Of a stretch of 64,000 nt of DNA, positions 58,454-64,000 are shown piece after piece. Origin of the DNA: Escherichia phage VEc20. The notes under the pieces were generated by a model. It was given only the letters and a program-made list of their open reading frames with translations, ran no database searches and was not told where the DNA came from. A program made the translations under genes and the position numbers. How positions within the stretch are numbered: the first letter of the stretch is position 1; every line of letters starts with the position of its first letter. Location of the stretch: the sequence record MN022785.1. The stretch is one strand, 5' to 3'.

Positions 58454-59913
58454 AGACCAGTTACCTCATGAAAATCACCAAATACATCCTCGAATGTATT
58501 AGCTTTAGTTTTATCTTCACGTAAACGAATCGCAATCGGAAGAAATAATTTAACGTAATCAGTGCGGCCATCAGATTTTAACCAACCGTTGCATTCGCAC
58601 TCTAGAATTTTTCCAATATAATAATTTTGGTTTTCCATAATGCGAGTACGGTCAAGTTCATGTGATTTTACACCGGCTTTATCTTTTAAGCCTGAACCAG
58701 CATTTACCTTAATTTTTCCACACTCTGACTCAAGAATAAATCCACCCGCTTTAGTAGGGTCTTTACGGTGAGGATAAATTCCTACAATTTTTAAATCAAC
58801 ATCAATTACTTCTTTAAATTTATAGAGATTTTTTGAACGAGCATTTTCCCATAATCCATCGATATTTTTGAGAATAATACCTTCAAGACCTTGGTCAATA
58901 TACTTTTTATAAATTACCTTAGCTTCATCTAGGTTATTTACTACCTGGTTTTCAATTAAAATTACTTTATCATAGCCTGATGTCATTTGTTCTAGTTTAG
59001 AAAAACGTACATCATATTTTAAACGAAACGCCGGAAGACCGTATATTTCTACCAACGGGACATAATCCCAGACCTGAAACTTCATGCATTGAGCTTCTTT
59101 TTCGGAAATGGTTCCCTTTAAAGATTTATTAGCGATTCCATTAGAAGTAGTACGTGATTCAGCTACTTCGGCGAATTCTTTGGCTTTACTAATTTCAGGA
59201 TAAGCATCAAAAAGAAAATCTAGGCCTTCTGGCTCCTTTTTAACTTGCTCATGGTATACCAATTCGCCATCAATTAACACGCCTTCTGGATGAATCTGGC
59301 GGGCTTCAGCGGTCATTTTGATTAATTCTTCCTTAAGAAGATCTAATCCTAGATATTCATTACCGGCTCGTGATAAAAGACGAACATCATCTAATTCATC
59401 ACCTCTGACTTCGGCAAAGCACCGAGCCCCATCAGCTTTTAACTGGGCAAAGGCTGGAAATTTGATATTCTTATTAATGCCTTTTTCATCATAAGAACTT
59501 GCCAGCATTTGAGGTTGTTCAGGAATTAAACCTGGCCAAACTTTGTTTGCAATAGATACTGAAGCACCACATTCAAGGTCTCGCATCATCACTCGACGCA
59601 AAACTTCAACATCATCTTTTTTACCATCGGTGATATATCCAGTTAATTCCTCAATTGCTGCATTTCCAGTCAATTTCCGAGTAGCTAATGTGAATTCAAT
59701 GAAGTCAAGCATATCGGTAAGAGTCAACATTCCAAAACTCTGGGTAGCAATACCAGGTTTAGGCCATTTCTTGATATAATACTGCAGCCCACGAGAATAA
59801 GTCAGACGATATACTCGTTTAAGCAATTCATTATCTTTATTCTTTTCAAGAATTGCTTGCTTCTGCTTAGTTGAACCAATAGATGCTATTTCGTTCAGAA
59901 TTTTAAGAATCAT
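58450..59913 (-). CDS. 30: ATP-dependent DNA ligase
   Basis: 487 aa as T4 DNA ligase; adenylation motif KADGAR. Confidence 0.95.
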   Translation of the reverse strand: MILKILNEIASIGSTKQKQAILEKNKDNELLKRVYRLTYSRGLQYYIKKWPKPGIATQSFGMLTLTDMLDFIEFTLATRKLTGNAAIEELTGYITDGKKDDVEVLRRVMMRDLECGASVSIANKVWPGLIPEQPQMLASSYDEKGINKNIKFPAFAQLKADGARCFAEVRGDELDDVRLLSRAGNEYLGLDLLKEELIKMTAEARQIHPEGVLIDGELVYHEQVKKEPEGLDFLFDAYPEISKAKEFAEVAESRTTSNGIANKSLKGTISEKEAQCMKFQVWDYVPLVEIYGLPAFRLKYDVRFSKLEQMTSGYDKVILIENQVVNNLDEAKVIYKKYIDQGLEGIILKNIDGLWENARSKNLYKFKEVIDVDLKIVGIYPHRKDPTKAGGFILESECGKIKVNAGSGLKDKAGVKSHELDRTRIMENQNYYIGKILECECNGWLKSDGRTDYVKLFLPIAIRLREDKTKANTFEDVFGDFHEVTGL

Positions 59914-60179
59914 TGTTCATCCTTCAGAGTTTGGTTTACAGCTCTATTATAAATCAATTCATCATTAAGCTCAGTCAAAGACTTATGATATGTGGTTCTA
60001 ACTTTATTTCCTTGCATCCAGTGCTTGATATAAATGAAACCTTGCTCTACGCATTTTTTAAAAATTCGTTCGTCTTTTTGAGCTCGGAATTCTGGATTGC
60101 ATCTAAAAAATTGATTTACGTGACCGTAATCACGTGTAGTATTACCTTCATTTTCATAAATAGTGTGAACAACAAACAT
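59910..60179 (-). CDS. hypothetical protein (T4 30.1 position)
   Basis: 89 aa; coupled. Confidence 0.6.
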   Translation of the reverse strand: MFVVHTIYENEGNTTRDYGHVNQFFRCNPEFRAQKDERIFKKCVEQGFIYIKHWMQGNKVRTTYHKSLTELNDELIYNRAVNQTLKDEQ

Positions 60180-61018
60180 TAGAATGCTCCTTGGAAAATA
60201 TTATCACCACAAGTAGGTCTATTATACAAATACTCTATACCGCCGGGTTTAATATAGTTCCATGTCTGAAACGGATGTGTCTGATATGGATGATATAGAT
60301 GATTATAAGGATTAAATCCAGGAGTTCTCCAGGTAGTGTTCCAACGAAAAGAATCGTTTTTAATCATCTTTTCAATTACATCTTTTATAGCTTTTTCACT
60401 ATCAAAACTTTCTTTATTTTCCTTTGGTGAAAAAAGCTTATTCTCTACATCGTTCCATGTATAAACTCGCTGAGCAGTTTTTGGAATACTGTCACGTTCC
60501 CCTCGAGCCATCCAATAAACAGGAACACTTAATATTTCACTCGCGTGATCGCAGTGGTGAGCGAGATCGTCAATATAACAAATTACGTTATATTTCTCTT
60601 TTGCCTTTTTGAACAACTCTTCTTTTGAAGAATCATGACCACACATCAGTACTTCTGAGAAGGCACCAGGAAAAAGAGCATTCAAATTAAATTGACGATT
60701 CAGCAGAGCGTCAATAGAATCACCCAGCGCTGTAACAGCTACAAAATTATAATCTTCTTTTAATTTGTTAATTACACACAGAGCATCTTTATATGGAGAC
60801 AAGTAACGAATAAAATCTGAACGATTGTATTTTTCAATTAACTTGACACCAAGTTCTTCATCACAATTAAAAAGTTTACCAGGAGAAATAAATTTTTCAT
60901 CTTGGATCATTTTTAAAATATGTTCCAACGGAAGATTATATTTCTGAGCAAAATAAGGAAGGCCTGATTGCCAGCTTAAACACACTCCATCAATATCAGT
61001 TAAAATAGTAGGCTTCAT
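60179..61018 (-). CDS. HAD-superfamily phosphatase-like protein (T4 30.2 position)
   Basis: 279 aa; motif I DIDGV near N-terminus, later YIDD acidic motif. Confidence 0.65.
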   Translation of the reverse strand: MKPTILTDIDGVCLSWQSGLPYFAQKYNLPLEHILKMIQDEKFISPGKLFNCDEELGVKLIEKYNRSDFIRYLSPYKDALCVINKLKEDYNFVAVTALGDSIDALLNRQFNLNALFPGAFSEVLMCGHDSSKEELFKKAKEKYNVICYIDDLAHHCDHASEILSVPVYWMARGERDSIPKTAQRVYTWNDVENKLFSPKENKESFDSEKAIKDVIEKMIKNDSFRWNTTWRTPGFNPYNHLYHPYQTHPFQTWNYIKPGGIEYLYNRPTCGDNIFQGAF

Positions 61019-61479
61019 AGAGAGTCTCTTAATAGGTTTAACACATCAATAAATTCAGCTTCGGTTAGTATTGTATCATCTTTTGTTAGACCACTAGCCA
61101 TGCTGTGCTTCAAAACTTTTCCTTTCGAGGCTTGTAACGCATCACGAAAGCCCTTGTTTTGGATCGCTGCTTCAAAATATGCATTTGTGTATAATTCTTT
61201 CCACGCCGGGGAGTATCTTGAAAATGGAACTCCAAGCCAGAAGAGGGTTCCACGGTCTTGAGCTCTTGCATAAGACCTTCCAGCTTGTTGGGCGGCAAGC
61301 CCGGATAACCCAAATATACGACGTTGTTGTTCAACGTTTTTCACCTTGCATCCTTGGAGGAATCCTTCAAGACCTCCAAATTGAATACCATCCATAACGA
61401 AAGGCCAATGGGCGAAATTACTTAATGCACATGATGGCCACCTAAAATTGCTTCTAATCTCTAACTCAGACATTTTCAA
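61015..61479 (-). CDS. NADAR/YbiA-like domain protein (T4 30.3 position)
   Basis: 154 aa; SNFAHWP ... DG matches E. coli YbiA SNFAAWP ... DG. Confidence 0.65.
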   Translation of the reverse strand: MKMSELEIRSNFRWPSCALSNFAHWPFVMDGIQFGGLEGFLQGCKVKNVEQQRRIFGLSGLAAQQAGRSYARAQDRGTLFWLGVPFSRYSPAWKELYTNAYFEAAIQNKGFRDALQASKGKVLKHSMASGLTKDDTILTEAEFIDVLNLLRDSL

Positions 61480-61672
61480 TGCTTATAATTTCAACATCAG
61501 CCCAATGACCATAGCAAGGAAGACGAAATTCAACTGGCCAGTTAGGGTCCTTTTCTAATATAATAGACTCAACTCGTGGTTCTTCACGTTCATCAGTATA
61601 TGGATTTTTATCTGTTACTTTATATGTGACCTTAATGTACTGAATTCCAAAAATCTTATTAATTATATTCAT
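61466..61672 (-). CDS. hypothetical protein
   Basis: 68 aa; coupled overlapping ORF. Confidence 0.5.
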   Translation of the reverse strand: MNIINKIFGIQYIKVTYKVTDKNPYTDEREEPRVESIILEKDPNWPVEFRLPCYGHWADVEIISIENV

Positions 61673-61866
61673 ACTAATTCCTTTAATCCGTAGATAGGAG
61701 ATAATTCATCACCCATACGAAGGTCTTCATTTCCATCTACCCAGGAAACAATATAAGCCTCTTTTATTTGAATACCACTCCATTTAAATGGAGGTAGAAC
61801 CTTAGAAATTAATCCAGGTATACCAACTCCCTTTAATTCAACAGTTTGACCTAAAAAGAATTTCAT
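61669..61866 (-). CDS. hypothetical protein
   Basis: 65 aa; coupled. Confidence 0.5.
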   Translation of the reverse strand: MKFFLGQTVELKGVGIPGLISKVLPPFKWSGIQIKEAYIVSWVDGNEDLRMGDELSPIYGLKELV

Positions 61867-62153
61867 TAGAACCTCATCTGAAAACCGTGCGATTTAACAT
61901 TACCGCCGCCAATATCAGAGATATTAATTTCGCGCGCAATTGAAGGGTCAATGTCAATTTCACGATTGAGTTTAGTGATAGCTAAAGTATCGCGCCCATT
62001 TACAGTACGAAACTCTAAAGGACAAACCACATCAACGTAGTTTTTAATCGATTCACTGGTAGGCTGCAAATGAGCAGGAAGGTCTTTAGGCGCCTTTGAG
62101 AAAACCACTTCACAGAAATTTTTGCGGGTATCAAAATAAGTAGTCATAAACAT
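61866..62153 (-). CDS. hypothetical protein
   Basis: 95 aa. Confidence 0.55.
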   Translation of the reverse strand: MFMTTYFDTRKNFCEVVFSKAPKDLPAHLQPTSESIKNYVDVVCPLEFRTVNGRDTLAITKLNREIDIDPSIAREINISDIGGGNVKSHGFQMRF

Positions 62154-62194
62154 AGTATTTTCCTCAGTAAGGGGCCGAAGCCCCTCATTTTATT

Positions 62195-62572
62195 TTAAAT
62201 ATCAAATTCGTTAAGAACTACATCAAAGATTGCTTCAAGATGCTCAGGTTTAGCTCTGTTACTCAGAATATGACGAATCCAAGTTTTAACCAGAAGCTTG
62301 CGATTAACGCCATTCCAGCAAGGATGAGTCCCTAAATCGCGTTGACGAAAATCATCATCCAAAGCAATTTTGAAGTTGGAACCTTCCATTGTGATTGAAA
62401 CCGTGATGCCATTTTCAAATCGCATATAAACGTAGTTAGGAGTCATATACTGTTCAATTTCGCATACTGATCCATTTTGATGTTTCCAAAGGCAGATGGT
62501 ATCAATAGAACCTGCAATACCATTAGAAACATATTTACGTTCAAAGTTAATGTAGTTCATTTTATTCTCCAA
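62195..62572 (-). CDS. hypothetical protein
   Basis: 125 aa; followed by GGGGC-UUCG-GCCCC hairpin. Confidence 0.55.
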   Translation of the reverse strand: MENKMNYINFERKYVSNGIAGSIDTICLWKHQNGSVCEIEQYMTPNYVYMRFENGITVSITMEGSNFKIALDDDFRQRDLGTHPCWNGVNRKLLVKTWIRHILSNRAKPEHLEAIFDVVLNEFDI

Positions 62573-62627
62573 GATGTTTAATTGCGGTACAGGTATATAA
62601 TATCATGTCCTGTACCAAAGTAAACAA

Positions 62628-62960
62628 TTATTTTACTACTTTCCAATGCTGCATGTCAAGTTTACCAACTTTTTTCATCTTCTCAATTAAGCGTTCGGCA
62701 CGTTGGCGAGCTGTAACATAATACCATTCACCTAATTCATTTTGTTCAATTTTTCCAACGATTACTGTATTCAATTCATAAATCCAACCAGTAAAGAAAT
62801 TATGAACTTGAATTGTAAAGGTGAAATCTGTTCCCATACCTTCTGTTGTTTCTACTTCAATAATATCACCTTCAACTGCCATTAAGAACCACATAGTTTC
62901 ATCATATTTACCATTGAAGCATTTAGTTTTAACTGCAGCGTTCAGATTAATCGTTTTCAT
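62628..62960 (-). CDS. hypothetical protein
   Basis: 110 aa; AAGGAG RBS; early promoter candidate upstream. Confidence 0.6.
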   Translation of the reverse strand: MKTINLNAAVKTKCFNGKYDETMWFLMAVEGDIIEVETTEGMGTDFTFTIQVHNFFTGWIYELNTVIVGKIEQNELGEWYYVTARQRAERLIEKMKKVGKLDMQHWKVVK

Positions 62961-62987
62961 TTTATTCTCCTTTGTTTGTGTAAGATA

Positions 62988-63016
62988 ATACTATCACAAA
63001 GGAACCATACTGTAAA
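62988..63016 (-). promoter_or_regulatory. sigma70-like early promoter candidate (-35 TTTACA, 17-nt spacer, -10 TAGTAT)
   Basis: same architecture as the ip-locus modules. Confidence 0.5.
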
Positions 63017-63037
63017 CAACTTTATGCAATCTTTGGA

Positions 63038-63065
63038 AAATAAAAAAGGACTCCCGAAGGAGTCC
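63038..63065 (-). terminator. rho-independent terminator
   Basis: minus-strand hairpin GGACTCC-TTCG-GGAGTCC followed by TTTTTTATTTT. Confidence 0.65.
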
Positions 63066-63070
63066 TCAAC

Positions 63071-63247
63071 TTATGCTTTCTGCTTACCAAAACGAGAAGC
63101 ATCATCTCGAAGAACCGCACGTGCTCGGCGCATGATCTTCTCAACAGTTTGATTGATACGAGAGTTCGACCCACGCTTGTAGCCAGCGCGTTTAGAATCA
63201 CCAACTTTCTTTTCAACTGCTTTCTTTGCTTTAGCTTGTTTTGCCAT
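63071..63247 (-). CDS. small basic protein (58 aa; T4 30.9 position)
   Basis: start MAKQAKAKK with AAGAGAA RBS (ORF track start 63289 is an extension). Confidence 0.5.
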   Translation of the reverse strand: MAKQAKAKKAVEKKVGDSKRAGYKRGSNSRINQTVEKIMRRARAVLRDDASRFGKQKA

Positions 63248-63645
63248 TATAAATTCTCTTTTAAATGAAAATGCAGGACTTATTGGCATTGCCTGCGCAA
63301 GCCCTCAAGGGGAACATAGGTTTTTGGATATTTAACGACCAGGATAACCATAAACCCGTCATCATACCTTATAGCTCTTATCTGTTGCACACCGTTAGCT
63401 TAAAGGTTCCGGGTTCGATTTCTCGAGGATAAGATATATACTGATGGATATATAGGCCTTGAGGCGTACTCCCGATTGGCCATCACCTCGGGGTAGCATG
63501 CACTTGCCGCTATAAGAATAACATTCAAGAGGTACACCGTAAAACTGCCGGGGTCTTAAAACTATAATGATTCGCAAATCATTAATCAGACAGTTCGACG
63601 GCTCCTCGATTTTAGCTCACACTAAGGCAGTGAATCTCCAGTAAA

Positions 63646-63894
63646 TTACTTCAGTGTTACCACAAAGTGACGAACTGCTTTTCGTGCAGCAGAAGCCAAA
63701 GGCTTAGCATATTTAAGTTCATCTTTTTCCTGAAGCTCAGCAGCTAATGCAGTTTGAGCAGGATTCAGATGTTTGAAATAACGCAGGATTTCAAGAGCTT
63801 CGGCTTCAACATCAATAGATGCGCCATAGTTTTCGTGACCATTATTCCATGCGTTTCGTTGCAGTTCAAGAGCGTGTTGTAATTGTTTAATCAT
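63646..63894 (-). CDS. rIII: rIII-like lysis-inhibition accessory protein
   Basis: 82 aa, the length of T4 rIII, upstream of the 30.x cluster. Confidence 0.5.
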   Translation of the reverse strand: MIKQLQHALELQRNAWNNGHENYGASIDVEAEALEILRYFKHLNPAQTALAAELQEKDELKYAKPLASAARKAVRHFVVTLK

Positions 63895-64000
63895 TTAAAA
63901 ATTCTCGTTAGAGATTAAAACTCGGTAGTCACGTTCTTCTGAATTTCATCTTCTTTCGACAGATCTCTCAGTTGTAGACTACCACATAGAATTGTTCGGT

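Noticed and set aside
63395-63577. 60-aa minus-strand ORF and a T-loop-like GGTTCGATT suggesting a tRNA
   Set aside because: The ORF has no ribosome-binding site, and no acceptor or anticodon stems can be paired around the T-loop-like sequence; kept only as part of the non-coding island finding.

Overview
This window reads as a large collinear block of a T-even (T4-like, Tequatrovirus-type) myovirus genome, but it is not T4 itself. All calls come from reading the sequence and ORF track against remembered T4 gene order, protein lengths and motifs; no searches were run.

Layout:
- 1-3600 (minus): a chain of translationally coupled small membrane-protein genes (T4 e.2-e.8 position) and a late-promoter internal-protein-like gene.
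- 3675-5321 (minus): a tRNA-like stable RNA, one embedded ORF and 11 tRNA genes.
- 5419-7453 (minus): a variable internal-protein locus with repeated promoter modules, ending in the 57B 2H phosphoesterase.
- 7450-10368 (minus): genes 57A, 1, 3, 2, 4.
- 10416-40949 (plus): late structural module 53, 5, 5.1, 5.4, 6-12, wac, 13-18, an HNH endonuclease, 19, 20, 67, 68, 21-24.
- 40979-44674 (minus): rnlB, 24.2, 24.3, hoc, inh.
- 44724-47108 (plus): segE, uvsW, uvsW.1.
- 47164-49088 (minus): a small ORF, uvsY.-2, uvsY, 25, 26.
- 49139-55378 (plus): baseplate hub genes 51, 27, 28, 29, 48, 54.
- 55407-63894 (minus): an alt N-terminal pseudogene, alt, DNA ligase 30, a 30.x-like cluster with HAD-like and NADAR-like genes, and an rIII-like ORF.

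Differences from T4 as I remember it: three extra tRNAs (His, Asn, Tyr), no segD between 23 and 24, an HNH gene between 18 and 19, a four-Ig-domain Hoc, and different content at the ipI locus.

The best candidate for something undescribed is the internal-protein cassette at 6311-6990 plus the related late gene at 3100-3561: small genes with a T4-style capsid-targeting leader and unrelated mature parts, likely injected anti-defence effectors. Coordinates of regulatory elements were hand-indexed and may be off by 1-2 nt. Several ORF-track starts are TTG/GTG extensions and were trimmed to the first ATG with a plausible ribosome-binding site.
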